Shown here: positions 35,811 through 46,688 of the stretch, piece after piece | Layout: each line of letters starts with the position of its first letter | Numbering within the stretch: position 1 is the first letter of the stretch | Notes under the pieces: generated by a model | Database searches by the model: none | What the model saw: the letters and a program-made list of their open reading frames with translations, nothing else | What the model was told of the DNA's origin: nothing | From: Candidatus Pacearchaeota archaeon | GTDB taxonomy: Archaea > Nanobdellota > Nanobdellia > Pacearchaeales > GW2011-AR1 | NCBI GenBank assembly: GCA_018304025.1 | Contig: JAGVXA010000004.1 | Location: 9,719-73,718, forward strand | Reading direction: 5' to 3' | Length of the DNA stretch: 64,000 nucleotides | Position numbers and translations under genes: made by a program

Positions 35811-36880
35811 AAAAACTTTTAGTTTTAACAGTTTTGTTTGGCTTGATGCTTTCTATAAGTGGAGTTTTTGCTATCAGTGCATCAATTAGTCGTTCTTCAA
35901 CAGGCGCAGCATATTCTGTTACAAGCGACGTGCAATCAAGTTCTATTCCTAATTCGTTGCATACGAATGCAGACTTAATTACTAATTATCCTCCCTCAAA
36001 TGAAGGAAGAATTAGAATAACTTTTGACACGCCTATGCCTCTTAACAATTTAGAAAAAATTTCTTGGATGCAGTATGTAACGAAAGGATACTTAACACAC
36101 GTCGATATATTGTTAGAATCAGGAGAAGTTCTAGTAGCAGAAGGAGCCCATCAACACGGTAATCTTATAACTGGCTGGCCAGAAAATACTTGGATTAAAA
36201 CATTTAATGGAGTTAATTGTGATATGTCCACACACTGGGCTGATGGCTGGATAGATTGTCCTTCTGATTTAACTAGTGTTAATAACTGGACAAATGTTTG
36301 GAAAGATAGTGGTGGGACGGATGGAACAGGAACCGACGGTCCAAATCTTCAGTCCTTAGAAAAATACAAAAAAGGTTGGAACAATATAATCGGAACCAAT
36401 TTAGTAACTGCCATAGAAATCGAAGTAGACGGATGGGTAGCAGAATCTGAAGCATATATAGATGACATAAAAATAAATGACGATTTAATCACAAACTTTG
36501 ATGATTCAACGCAAATCATCGGAGAAATTAATGAAAATGTAGAGGTTCAAATTTCTCCAGCAGTTCTTAACTTTGGATCCCTCTTACCAGGAACTTCAGG
36601 AAATCCTGCGATTAATGGACCAATAACAATTAATCCAACAGGAAGCAATGTTGATGTGCAGGTTACAGTAACGAATGTAGCAGGATTCCCGTTCGAAACA
36701 GGACTTAAACTCGATGGAAATAATCCTATTGGAAAAATTTGGAATATGGATTGTGTAGGAACAAACATTTGTGCGTATACTTCAGCAACAACTATTCCAA
36801 CTCTGAACATTCCTGCAGGAGCATCAGTCGGAGCAAAGAGCGGGGTAATAACTTATTTCGTTGCGGCACAACCACATTAA
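35807..36880 (+). CDS. Secreted hypothetical protein
   Basis: The SD is GAAAGGAGG. The signal peptide is MKKLLVLTVLFGLMLSISGVFA. Confidence 0.55.
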   Translation: MKKLLVLTVLFGLMLSISGVFAISASISRSSTGAAYSVTSDVQSSSIPNSLHTNADLITNYPPSNEGRIRITFDTPMPLNNLEKISWMQYVTKGYLTHVDILLESGEVLVAEGAHQHGNLITGWPENTWIKTFNGVNCDMSTHWADGWIDCPSDLTSVNNWTNVWKDSGGTDGTGTDGPNLQSLEKYKKGWNNIIGTNLVTAIEIEVDGWVAESEAYIDDIKINDDLITNFDDSTQIIGEINENVEVQISPAVLNFGSLLPGTSGNPAINGPITINPTGSNVDVQVTVTNVAGFPFETGLKLDGNNPIGKIWNMDCVGTNICAYTSATTIPTLNIPAGASVGAKSGVITYFVAAQPH

Positions 36881-36881
36881 G

Positions 36882-37670
36882 ATGAAACGCTTTTTTCTTT
36901 TTTTCTTTTTTATATTAATATCAGTCCAAACAATAACAGCAGTCAGATTTTCTCCTTCAAGTCTGACTTATATGTTAGAGCCAAACGAAGAATTATGTCA
37001 AATGATTTCCCTCAACTCAGAATCTTCACTGATAATTGTTTCAGATGCTTGGACGAAGAACGAGAGTGATGAATGGAAAATCACCCTATTCAACACAACA
37101 GCAGAAGAACATGGCTTGGCAATTTCTTATCCAAAAACTCTTTCAATAAACGAAAGGCAAGTTAACGTCTGTATTTCTGGAACAAAAGAGGGAGAGTTTC
37201 ATGGCGTAATAATAATGAGTCAGAAACAACAAGGAAATTCTATCATTCAGATGGGAGTCTGGCTCAAAGTAATCATTAAAGAAAAACCAATAGAGCAAGC
37301 AACTTCCCAAACAACTTCCCAAACAACAACCACCCCAAGCAGCAGCGGAGGCAGCAGCTCCCCGCCAAAAACAATCCCCCAGAACCAAACTCAAAAAAAC
37401 AAAACATCGACGGAAAACAGCATCAGGCAGTTATCAGCCGAAAAAACCCAGCCCCAAGAAGAGAAAGTATCCAATATAGGAATAACCGGAAAAGTCGTTA
37501 CTGAATCAAACAACAAACTAAGATACTCCACTGCCATAATCATTTTAATAATCATAGCACTCGCCATTGCAGTAGTTTACATAAAAAAAAGGCAAAATCC
37601 ATATGAAAAAATATTTTCTCGCGCTCGCAGGAATTCTTTTAATTACAACTGTCTTTGCAGTTTTAGTTGA
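36882..37670 (+). CDS. Surface-anchored protein, paralog of 35031..35810
   Basis: It has MKRFFLFFFFILISVQTITA, the shared LEPNxELCQ block, a Thr/Ser/Gln-rich linker and a C-terminal TM anchor. Its tail overlaps the next gene by 67 nt. Confidence 0.45.
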   Translation: MKRFFLFFFFILISVQTITAVRFSPSSLTYMLEPNEELCQMISLNSESSLIIVSDAWTKNESDEWKITLFNTTAEEHGLAISYPKTLSINERQVNVCISGTKEGEFHGVIIMSQKQQGNSIIQMGVWLKVIIKEKPIEQATSQTTSQTTTTPSSSGGSSSPPKTIPQNQTQKNKTSTENSIRQLSAEKTQPQEEKVSNIGITGKVVTESNNKLRYSTAIIILIIIALAIAVVYIKKRQNPYEKIFSRARRNSFNYNCLCSFS

Positions 37671-39861
37671 ACAGCAATTAACCGCAACAGTTTTAGAATA
37701 TCCGAAAGTTTTAATCAATGAATTCACAGTAGACCCGCAGACAGACTGGGACGGAAGCGGCTCAGCAACTACGTCAGACGAATGGGTGGAATTATACAAC
37801 ACCCAGCCAATCCCAATTGATTTAACCAGCTGGACTTTAGTCCTCAACGATTCAACAGACGAATTCGAATCCCTAATAGGAATTATTCCGCCATATAGTT
37901 ATTTAGTTATCTATCCAGACGGATCCCAAAATAACGACGGGCAATTGCTTCTTTACGACAATTCAAGCATTCTTATCGACGCAGTAGCATACGGAGACTG
38001 GGACGACGGAAACACAGCAGACAACGCGCCGGATGGAAACGCAAATAACATTACAAACGAATGTCTCTCAAGATTGCCGAATGCAAAAGACACAAACACA
38101 GACAATACTGATTTTACAAAATTAACTTGCACTTACGAACAGTCCAATAATGCCTGGAACATGACTCTCATCCCAGTTGTCATAACAGATATTCCTTCAA
38201 TTCCTTTCTGCCTCTTGGAAACAGACAGCTTAATAGTTTCAGCAAACATAACAGGCAGCATAAAAAAAATCTCTCTCTCTTATAGCACGGGCGGAGCTTG
38301 GAAAGAAATTTCTCTCCCCGGAAATACCGAAGGAATTTATTCAGCAGCAATACCCTCTTCAGAATTAAATGGCAAATCAACGGTCTCTTGGAAATTTGTT
38401 GTCGAAAACATCGCCGGAGATTTAACCTACGGAACAGAGCAAAGCAAAAGCATTGCTAAAAGAACTCTCCTCTCAATCTCCCCATCACAGCCAGATGGAC
38501 AAAACAACTGGTACATCACCGAACCGACTTTCACTTTGGAAAATCCTGACGCATCAATTATAGAATACAGATGGAATGGAAACTTTTTCATATACTCAAA
38601 ACCATTCAAACTCGAAGGCACGCCAAACAACGCAAGCCTCACTGGCGGAATCAGCATGCTAAAATATTGGAGTGATGTTTGTTCAGGAGAGCCAGAACAA
38701 AATCAAACATTTCATTTTGATTTCACAAGCCCAATAATAGAACAAACATCTCCAACAGGGCAGATAACAAAACTAAAACCTACGATAAGCGCGTACATCG
38801 ATGAAAAATATTCGCAAAACTCAGGAATTAATATCTCAAAAATAACAATAAAATTAGACAACGCCGACGTAACCAAAGACGCTGTAATCTCTCCGATAGA
38901 CGCGATCGACGCAGCAATAACTTATTCTCCGGTGGAAAACTTGTCAGTTGGCCAGCACGAAGTAACAATCAGCGCAGAAGACAAGGCAGGAAGAAACTCG
39001 CAATTAACTTGGACATTTGAAATTGTAAAAAGCTTCACGCTAAAATTAGCAGTTGACTATCCTGAATCAAAAGATTACAACATCAAAAGAATTCCGTTCA
39101 ATCTGACAACTTCAGAACAATCAAGAAAAATAGAATACATAAATTACGCAGACAACAAGCCAAGATGGCAGACGCTCTGTTCAAACTGCGACAGCTACGG
39201 CGCCGAAAAAATAAAAACCAAAATCCTCAAAGAAGGATGGAACAATCTGACAATTAGAGCAATAGGAGAATTTAGCACGGACGAAAAAAATATTTCAATA
39301 TTCATCGACTCAAAAGCGCCGGTAATATCAAAAACAGAACCAGCCAGAAATAAAATAATCAACGGCTCTTTCTTCCGGGTAAAATACACAGAAGAAAATC
39401 CTGCAAATATAAAATTATTCTGGAATCCAAACATAACCTTGCAAAATTGCACATCAGGAAGAAACCAAGTCTGTTCTACTTCAATAAATCTCTCTAACTT
39501 TGATGACCAATTGATTGATTATTATTTTGAAATCTCCGACGGAATAAACACAGTAAAGTCAAAAACTAATAAAGTTTTTGTTGACACAACTTCTCCCCGA
39601 TTAGCAATTAACCTTCCACAAAACGAAACAGTTTACAGAAGCAAGGTTCCATTCAACCTCACAGTTTCAGAAAAAGCAGAAATTGAATACTTCGATATTT
39701 CATCAGGAGCAAAATGGATAAAGCTCTGTTCAAACTGCGACAGCTACGGCGCCGAGAAAATAAAATACAAAAGATTCAGCAGGGGAAATCACAACATTCT
39801 AATCAGCGCAACAGACAAGGCTGGAAACTCCGACGTCAAACAGGTTTTTTTCACAGCTTAA
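37603..39861 (+). CDS. Large secreted protein with repeated Ig-like DKAGN-type domains
   Basis: It has a signal peptide. The repeated WQTLCSNCDSYGAEKIK module occurs twice and ends in ATDKAGN. It is paralogous to 8196..9875. Confidence 0.6.
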   Translation: MKKYFLALAGILLITTVFAVLVEQQLTATVLEYPKVLINEFTVDPQTDWDGSGSATTSDEWVELYNTQPIPIDLTSWTLVLNDSTDEFESLIGIIPPYSYLVIYPDGSQNNDGQLLLYDNSSILIDAVAYGDWDDGNTADNAPDGNANNITNECLSRLPNAKDTNTDNTDFTKLTCTYEQSNNAWNMTLIPVVITDIPSIPFCLLETDSLIVSANITGSIKKISLSYSTGGAWKEISLPGNTEGIYSAAIPSSELNGKSTVSWKFVVENIAGDLTYGTEQSKSIAKRTLLSISPSQPDGQNNWYITEPTFTLENPDASIIEYRWNGNFFIYSKPFKLEGTPNNASLTGGISMLKYWSDVCSGEPEQNQTFHFDFTSPIIEQTSPTGQITKLKPTISAYIDEKYSQNSGINISKITIKLDNADVTKDAVISPIDAIDAAITYSPVENLSVGQHEVTISAEDKAGRNSQLTWTFEIVKSFTLKLAVDYPESKDYNIKRIPFNLTTSEQSRKIEYINYADNKPRWQTLCSNCDSYGAEKIKTKILKEGWNNLTIRAIGEFSTDEKNISIFIDSKAPVISKTEPARNKIINGSFFRVKYTEENPANIKLFWNPNITLQNCTSGRNQVCSTSINLSNFDDQLIDYYFEISDGINTVKSKTNKVFVDTTSPRLAINLPQNETVYRSKVPFNLTVSEKAEIEYFDISSGAKWIKLCSNCDSYGAEKIKYKRFSRGNHNILISATDKAGNSDVKQVFFTA

Positions 39862-39961
39862 ATTTTAATAATAGTAGACGAGTCCGATTAACTTGAACAA
39901 AATTTGAGTTATATTTTGTAAGATATATATTATTTAAAATTAAACAAAATTACTTCATTTT

Positions 39962-40405
39962 ATGATAATTCAAGTTTTTTTGTTGATTTTCATAAATATT
40001 TTCATAATTCTAATACTAGGTATAAACTGGAGAAAAATTAGAAATTTTTTTGTTGAAGAAACATATACTTATTTTGAAGTTGTTTTTATAGCCCTATATT
40101 TTTTAGAACAAGCAGCGTTCATAGGGCTATCTTATTTCTATGAAGAGTATAACACTCTTTTAGTAGGCTTCTTCGCACTCGTTGTTTTGACGACAGTTGC
40201 CCTCAACAAATTGATGATGGAAAGTAAAAACAGAAGACTAGCTCAGAAAATCAATCAACTCGTCGATAAATCCTTAGAGAAGTTTGTTTCTGCAATAGAA
40301 CAATATGAAAAATTGATGGACGAAGTTAGAATAAATGTAGAAGAGCTTGAGCAGGAAAATAGAGCATTAAGAAATTTTATAAAAAAGAACAGAAAAAATT
40401 TGTAA
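39962..40405 (+). CDS. Membrane protein with C-terminal coiled coil
   Basis: It has 3 TM helices and a heptad-like C-terminus. Confidence 0.4.
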   Translation: MIIQVFLLIFINIFIILILGINWRKIRNFFVEETYTYFEVVFIALYFLEQAAFIGLSYFYEEYNTLLVGFFALVVLTTVALNKLMMESKNRRLAQKINQLVDKSLEKFVSAIEQYEKLMDEVRINVEELEQENRALRNFIKKNRKNL

Positions 40406-40758
40406 TATTAAATTAATAATCTTATCTTATTGTGTATCTCTAAAACTTCTTTTTCTATTTTATTTACATTTGCTCTTGCACGAGTCATGCTCGAATTCGT
40501 CTCTTTGCTGTAATTTTTATCATTCTCTAAAATTTCTTTTATTTCAATATTCCTTTTAGAAATTTTTTTTGTCATAAATAATTCAGCCTCTTTTTGTATA
40601 TAAAATCTTGTGCAGTAAAGTATATAAATTAATCGTTCTATTGTAAGTAAAATAAAGCGATGCATTCTTCTTGCCGCCAAAGATTCTTTCACCAACTAAT
40701 TTTTCATCAAAAAAAAGTAGTCACGAACATTTAAATAGAAAACCATTTTTTACCCGCT

Positions 40759-42195
40759 ATGAAAAAAAGTGGTGTCGTCATAACAGCTATTCTATCAATA
40801 TTTCTTCTTGTTTCCCTCGCATCAGCAGCAGACGTTGCTTATCTTTACAAAAAAAATTCTCAGGTGGACGATAATGTCCTTGCTGTTTTCAACGAGCTTT
40901 CTCTGACAGTTGATCTAATCCAGGAAAACTCTCTCCCAAATAATTTCAATTCCTACAAATTAATTTATGTCGGAAAAGAAAATTATAGAAACAATGAAAA
41001 CTTTCCAGTTAACAATTATCCTTCTGTAATCTCAAATCGCAACCCTTCAAAGTCATGGGGCTTGACAGACAGCAACGGAGTCAGCCAGATGGGTTCAACA
41101 TCTCCTTTAAGCGTAGTAGTCAACTCAAACTCGCTTGCAGTTTATACGCAGGGGCTAAAAGAAAACAAAGTCGCAGTCTCCTATTATTATCTAGGTAAAG
41201 ACAGCAAAGCGCAATCATTGCAGCAAATCGCAGCAACAAAAACAACTTCATCAGGAGTCAAATTTGGCGACGTTGTTTCCTACGCTGAAGCAGGAGCGCA
41301 ATTGCTCAACGGAAAAACACAAAAGAAAAACCTATGTTTCTTCGGAATAGTCGAATCAGACTACTGGACGCCAGAAGCAAAAAACTTGTTCAAGGAATGC
41401 ATTAATTTTGCCGTCGGCACTGTTCAGCCAGCTCCAGAATGCACAAATAACACAGAGTGCCCAGCAGAACAATTATCACAGCCGTTCTGCCAAAATAATA
41501 ATGTTTACAAAACAAAAACAACGAGCTCTTGCGTAGAAAACAAATGCGTTCCTTCCGGAGAAAATGTTTCCGTTGAGACATGCTTGTTCGGCTGTGAATC
41601 AGGCGCATGCAAGCCAGCTCCAACACCAATAGAAGAATGCAACGCAACCAAAATCTGCAATTCAACATTTTCAGAGCCGTTCTGCCAAAATAATAATGTT
41701 TACAAAACACAATTCAATTCCTCTTGCGTAGCAGGACAATGCGTCGCATCATCAAATCAAAGCATCCTAATAACAGTATGCCCTTACGGCTGTTCGCAAG
41801 CCCAATGCCTTCAACCAGAAATTCACGACGTCGCATTAATCGACTTCGCAAACTCCACAAATAAAATCCGTATCAAAGACGCAGCAGGAATAATTATTTC
41901 AAACAACCAGTTGCAATGCAATTCAAAATACAAGTTTGAAATAAGCGCCGAGAACAAAGGAAACTTCACAGAGGATGTTTCTTTCGCAGGCTCAATCGGC
42001 TCCCTCGAATTAAATCACAATTCAATCTCAAACTTTTCAGCCGGAGAAAAAACAACAACACCAAAGTCAAAGACAATAAACATGACTCTCACAGAAGGAT
42101 ATTACAACATCTCAATCGAAGCAATCCTTGACGGATTCACAGACGCAAACCCATCGAACAATAAAGCTCTAAGAGAAATTTTTGTTTCTTGTTAA
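40759..42195 (+). CDS. Secreted protein: conserved ~220-aa N-terminal domain + two 8-Cys repeat modules
   Basis: The signal peptide ends in ASAADVAYLY. Its N-domain is shared with 43847 and 50256 (VNNYPSVI...WGLTD...CFFGIVESDYWTPEAK). It has two CPAEQLSQPFCQNNNVYKT...C repeats. Confidence 0.6.
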   Translation: MKKSGVVITAILSIFLLVSLASAADVAYLYKKNSQVDDNVLAVFNELSLTVDLIQENSLPNNFNSYKLIYVGKENYRNNENFPVNNYPSVISNRNPSKSWGLTDSNGVSQMGSTSPLSVVVNSNSLAVYTQGLKENKVAVSYYYLGKDSKAQSLQQIAATKTTSSGVKFGDVVSYAEAGAQLLNGKTQKKNLCFFGIVESDYWTPEAKNLFKECINFAVGTVQPAPECTNNTECPAEQLSQPFCQNNNVYKTKTTSSCVENKCVPSGENVSVETCLFGCESGACKPAPTPIEECNATKICNSTFSEPFCQNNNVYKTQFNSSCVAGQCVASSNQSILITVCPYGCSQAQCLQPEIHDVALIDFANSTNKIRIKDAAGIIISNNQLQCNSKYKFEISAENKGNFTEDVSFAGSIGSLELNHNSISNFSAGEKTTTPKSKTINMTLTEGYYNISIEAILDGFTDANPSNNKALREIFVSC

Positions 42196-42204
42196 TAAAA
42201 TTAA

Positions 42205-42744
42205 TTATTTGCTTGCTTCAATAGGTTCTATTTCTCTATTAAAGTTTATTCTTCTGTGTTCTGTCCTTTCTTGAGTTAGAAATGCACATAAATTATCTGT
42301 AATTATATGAACTTTTGCCGTATTTATTTCTGAATAATGATCTCTTAACAGAATCCCTCGCTTTGCTCTCCAGTCTCCTTGAGTAAATCCTGGCATTGTT
42401 CCGTCATAACGATATAACTTACAGTGGGGGAAAAAATATTCTCCAAACTTTCCGCTAATTCCTCCCTCTTCATTATTCCACTTCCAACGCGGATTATAAA
42501 ATTCATTTGCATTAAACCTCGTCATCCAATTATTTTCTAATTCATCAATAAACCAAATTCTATACTCTTTAACATCTTGAATATCAGGACGAGGAATTTC
42601 AACAAAAGTCATGCTATGCATATCAATTAATTCCTCTGCCCTTTTACTAATTTTTTCCATTTGTTCTTGAATTCTTGCTAAGACATCTTCTTCTGCCATG
42701 AAAAGTTTAGCAATTTCATAGATATATAAATATTTCTTCCCCAT
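42205..42744 (-). CDS. Hypothetical cytoplasmic protein
   Basis: The ORF is 179 aa with no signal peptide. It lies antisense, between the surface genes. Confidence 0.4.
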   Translation of the reverse strand: MGKKYLYIYEIAKLFMAEEDVLARIQEQMEKISKRAEELIDMHSMTFVEIPRPDIQDVKEYRIWFIDELENNWMTRFNANEFYNPRWKWNNEEGGISGKFGEYFFPHCKLYRYDGTMPGFTQGDWRAKRGILLRDHYSEINTAKVHIITDNLCAFLTQERTEHRRINFNREIEPIEASK

Positions 42745-42863
42745 CTGTCAAAAAATCTTTTTTCCGTCGGCATTAGGCAATGTAATCCATAAACCATAAA
42801 TTACGCATTCATTAATTCCAAGTGGTAACCAACATTTAAATACAAAATCTATTTTTCCAAGTC

Positions 42864-43781
42864 ATGAAAAAAAGAGTGCTCATAATATCTGTTTTGTGTC
42901 TCGTCATGTCTTGTCTTTTTGTTTCCGCCCTGGAAATAATTTCGCCGGAAGATGAGCAATGGTATGACTCTCGTTCTGTGATGTTCAGCTTAAAATCCGA
43001 CAACCCCAGCGATTTTTTTTATGTCAAAGAGCCGGCACTCAGAGAAAGATGGTCTAAACTTTGCAGCAATGTTAAATCCTGCGAAAAGTTAGTAAAGCTT
43101 CAGGAAGGGAAAAACAATGTCGCAGTGAAATCAGACGGCGTGGTGGTAAGCGAAATGGACTACCAGGAAATAATTGTATACGTTGATTCTAAAAAGCCAA
43201 TTATAAAAAAGATATGGCACCAAAGAAATTCCCTTCTTCAAGAGGAAGAATTTGGAATCGATTTCGAGGAAAAAAATTTAGATGAGGTTCTTTTGCAGTA
43301 TGGCTCAAATGAAGCAGAAATGAACTCAAATGAAATCTCTGCTGATACAAACTCAGACTGCGAAAGCACAGGCGAAGATAATCAGAGATGTGTCTTCCGC
43401 GTGCCTGGCAGCATGGCAAATTACGAAGGGGAAAAAATAAAATACCGAATCATAGTCGCAGACAAGGCAGTCAACGAAGCTTCAAAAACAGAATTTTTCG
43501 AAGTTGATCAGACAGCTCCGGAAATAAAATTCTCCGATTATGTCGTCAGGCAAAGAACAGTTGATTTTGTTCTTGACATCTTCGAAAAAAACTTTCAGGA
43601 AGTTTATTATACCGACGATAACGATGCAGCAGGCACAAAAAGAAGAATATGCAGCGTGCTAAAGTACGGCAGATGTTTCAAGACAAAAACCTTTGGCCCC
43701 GGTGATTACGCTTTCACGATTCACGTAGTAGACAAGGCAGGCAACGAAGCAGTTGAATCCTTGGACATTTCAACACGTTAA
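42864..43781 (+). CDS. Secreted protein with two Ig-like DKAGN-type domains
   Basis: It has a signal peptide. The modules WSKLCSNVKSCEKLVKLQEGKN...ADKAVNEA and ...VVDKAGNEA are homologous to modules of 8196 and 37603. Confidence 0.55.
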   Translation: MKKRVLIISVLCLVMSCLFVSALEIISPEDEQWYDSRSVMFSLKSDNPSDFFYVKEPALRERWSKLCSNVKSCEKLVKLQEGKNNVAVKSDGVVVSEMDYQEIIVYVDSKKPIIKKIWHQRNSLLQEEEFGIDFEEKNLDEVLLQYGSNEAEMNSNEISADTNSDCESTGEDNQRCVFRVPGSMANYEGEKIKYRIIVADKAVNEASKTEFFEVDQTAPEIKFSDYVVRQRTVDFVLDIFEKNFQEVYYTDDNDAAGTKRRICSVLKYGRCFKTKTFGPGDYAFTIHVVDKAGNEAVESLDISTR

Positions 43782-43846
43782 TCTTTTCCTTCACCAAACA
43801 AAAGTAGTAAGATGCATTTAAATAAAAAACAATCCCTTGATTTTCC

Positions 43847-46453
43847 ATGAAAAAGAGAACGCAGCTGTTCGCAGTATCTTTCACACTTCTAATTTTAACA
43901 TCTGCCATCGCGTCAGCAGGAGACGTCGCATATCTTTACAGAAAAACATTTCAAATAGACAAGAATATAATTGATGTTTTCGAAGAGCTCGGTTTGACAG
44001 TTGATTATATTCAGGAAAAAAATCAGCCGTCAAGTTACAGCGGATACAGATTAATTTTTGTTGGAGACGAAAACTTCAGGGCAAATATTCCAGTTAACAA
44101 TTACCCTTCTGTAATCGTAAGCTACTACGACGCAGAAAGATGGGGATTGACAGACGAGGAAGGAATCAGCCAGATGGGAGCAAACGCCCCTATGAGTGTT
44201 GTAATAAACAGCCATCAAACTCAAGTTTATACGCAGGCATTAATTCAAGAGACAGTTGCAGTTCCTTATTATTATCTTGACATCGAGGACAAAACACCTG
44301 GAATGCAGCAGGTAGCGGCAACAGAAACAACAGAATCTGGATTCAAAATTGGCGACGTGATTTCTTACGCGCCCATCGGAACCCAGATGTCAAATGGAAA
44401 AACACAGCAGGCAGAACTCTGCTTTTTCGGGATAGTCGAATCAGATTACTGGACACCTGCAGCAAAAGAGTTGTTCGTCGATTGCGTGAATTACGTGGCA
44501 GCAGAATGTTCGCAGGACTCAGACTGCCCGGCGCCAACAACCTCCGCGCCGTTTTGCGTCGGAAATGACGTTTACTTTACGCAATATTCAAACACTTGTG
44601 AAAACACTTTGCTGGCGCGCTGCGTTGCGCACGAGCAGGATATATTCAGCAAAACCTGCCCTTACAGCTGCCTTGACGGGCAATGCGCAGGCGAATGCAA
44701 CAACAACGCAGACTGCGACGACAGCAACTCTTCAACAGAAGACATCTGCCATAATCCTCAAACACCCCAATCATTTTGCACTAACGAACCAATAGAATGT
44801 TCTTATAATTCAGACTGCGGAACAGACGGACTAATCAACCAACCAACTTGCTCAGGACTAAATGTCGTTCAAGATTACAAAACATTTACTTGCAATAATC
44901 CTGGCACAGCACAATCATCCTGCTCTTCTTCAATCTCACAGCAAATCTTAGAAACATGCTCAGACATTTGCGTTAATGGAGAATGCAAAGATATAGAATG
45001 CTACAACAACGCAGATTGCGGCACAGACGGATTAATTGGAGAATTATTTTGCACCGGAGACAACGTATTCCGGAATTTCAAAACATTTACTTGCAATAAT
45101 CCTGGCACACCCGAATCTTCTTGCTCTTCTTCAATCTCTCCGCAATTAATCCAGACTTGCCAAGAGACTTGTCTTGAAGGAATCTGCGTCGATATAGAAT
45201 GCAACAACAACGCAGATTGCGGCACAGACGGACTAATCAACCAGCCAACTTGCTCAGGACTAAATGTCGTTCAAGATTACAAAACATTTACCTGCCACAA
45301 CCCAGCAACACCGTCGTCATCCTGCTCTTCCTCAATCACACAGCAAATCTTAGAAACATGCTCAGACATTTGCGTCAATGGTGCATGCCATGACGTAGAA
45401 TGTGATGAAAACTCAGACTGCAACGACGCAAATCCTTTAACGCTGGACGAATGCATCAACCCTGGAACAATAATAAGCGACTGCAGAAACACTCCGATTA
45501 ATTGCAACAACAATTTGGACTGCGGATTCACAGGATTTTTCGGAAATGAATTCTGCTCTAACGACGACATCGTAAAAAATTATCAGCTTGCAGTTTGCCA
45601 CAACCCAAACACTTTGAGTTCATCATGTGATTTGCAAATCTCGCAAGAGACAATCCTCTCTTGCCCATACGCATGCCACGACGCAGCGTGCATTAGATGC
45701 GACGGAAACTCAGACTGCAACGACCAAGATTCAGACACATTAGACATCTGCCGCAATCCAGGTGAATTAAACTCGTACTGTGAAAATCAAAACACAACTC
45801 CGCAAAACATAGACTGCTACACCAACGCAGACTGCGGAACAAACTCCCCAGTCAGCCAATTATTCTGCTCGCTCAACAACGTAAATCAATTATTCCTGAC
45901 ATGGACTTGCAATAATCCTGCGACAATTCAATCATACTGTTCATCAAGCTTCCAGCAGCAAATAATCCAAACCTGCCCAGACATCTGCCAAAACGGGCAG
46001 TGCATCGGAATTACTTGTTACAACAACGCAGACTGCGGAACAGACGGACTAATCAACCAACCAACTTGCTCAGGATTAAATATCGTCCAGGATTACAAAA
46101 CATTTACCTGCCACAACCCAGCAACACCGTCGTCATCCTGCTCTTCCTCAATCTCTCCGCAGTTAATTCAAATTTGCAGTTATGCGTGCGCAGGAGGAAG
46201 TTGTATAGGACAATGCATTCCAGGACAAACTCAGCAATGCGGAAATTCAAATGTCGGAGAATGCGAGTTCGGAACAAAGACATGTAATTCTTACGGTTCT
46301 TGGAACAGCGAATGCGTCGGTGAAGTTTTGCCTTCAAATGAAATCTGCGACGGAAAAGACAACGACGCCTGTCTGTTCAAACGAATGCTCTTCATCAGGA
46401 ACAAGTCAATGTTACGGCGCAGGTTACAGAGTTTGCGGAAACTTCGACGCTGA
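43847..46453 (+). CDS. Large secreted protein: shared N-terminal domain + >=8 tandem 8-Cys repeats + MopE-like C-terminus; reading frame breaks near 46365 (likely frameshifted/pseudogene or assembly error)
   Basis: It has the paralogous N-domain and tandem ECxNNADCGTDGLINQPTCSGLNVVQDYKTFTCxNPxTPxSSCSSSI repeats. After EICDGKDND the frame degenerates into an Arg/Leu-rich tail, while the homologous C-terminal domain continues in another frame (46251..46688). Confidence 0.55.
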   Translation: MKKRTQLFAVSFTLLILTSAIASAGDVAYLYRKTFQIDKNIIDVFEELGLTVDYIQEKNQPSSYSGYRLIFVGDENFRANIPVNNYPSVIVSYYDAERWGLTDEEGISQMGANAPMSVVINSHQTQVYTQALIQETVAVPYYYLDIEDKTPGMQQVAATETTESGFKIGDVISYAPIGTQMSNGKTQQAELCFFGIVESDYWTPAAKELFVDCVNYVAAECSQDSDCPAPTTSAPFCVGNDVYFTQYSNTCENTLLARCVAHEQDIFSKTCPYSCLDGQCAGECNNNADCDDSNSSTEDICHNPQTPQSFCTNEPIECSYNSDCGTDGLINQPTCSGLNVVQDYKTFTCNNPGTAQSSCSSSISQQILETCSDICVNGECKDIECYNNADCGTDGLIGELFCTGDNVFRNFKTFTCNNPGTPESSCSSSISPQLIQTCQETCLEGICVDIECNNNADCGTDGLINQPTCSGLNVVQDYKTFTCHNPATPSSSCSSSITQQILETCSDICVNGACHDVECDENSDCNDANPLTLDECINPGTIISDCRNTPINCNNNLDCGFTGFFGNEFCSNDDIVKNYQLAVCHNPNTLSSSCDLQISQETILSCPYACHDAACIRCDGNSDCNDQDSDTLDICRNPGELNSYCENQNTTPQNIDCYTNADCGTNSPVSQLFCSLNNVNQLFLTWTCNNPATIQSYCSSSFQQQIIQTCPDICQNGQCIGITCYNNADCGTDGLINQPTCSGLNIVQDYKTFTCHNPATPSSSCSSSISPQLIQICSYACAGGSCIGQCIPGQTQQCGNSNVGECEFGTKTCNSYGSWNSECVGEVLPSNEICDGKDNDACLFKRMLFIRNKSMLRRRLQSLRKLRR

Positions 46454-46688
46454 TTCATGTCTTGAATGGTCTTCGGTAACAACATGTAATTACGGCTGCG
46501 CAAATGGAAATTGCAATCCACAACCCCCAATTACTTGCACAAATGAATGCTCTTTCACAGGCCAAAGGCAATGCACAAGCGCAGGTTACAGAATCTGCGG
46601 AAACTTCGACGCTGATTCATGTTTAGATTGGTCTCTGATAACTCAATGCGGTTTAGGAGCCGCGTGCACTTCAGGATACTGCGTTTAA
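46251..46688 (+). pseudogene. Out-of-frame C-terminal domain of the 43847 gene (Cys-rich YRVCGNFDADSCLxWS repeats)
   Basis: The translation ...CSNECSSSGTSQCYGAGYRVCGNFDADSCLEWSSVTTC...GYRICGNFDADSCLDWSLITQCGLGAACTSGYCV is about 80% identical to the C-terminus of 46749..48428. It sits +1 relative to the upstream frame. Confidence 0.5.

Noticed and set aside
36882-37670. Programmed frameshift or overlap between 36882..37670 and 37603..39861
   Set aside because: The 67-nt overlap is more simply explained by a long basic C-terminal tail after the TM anchor. No slippery heptamer is evident.
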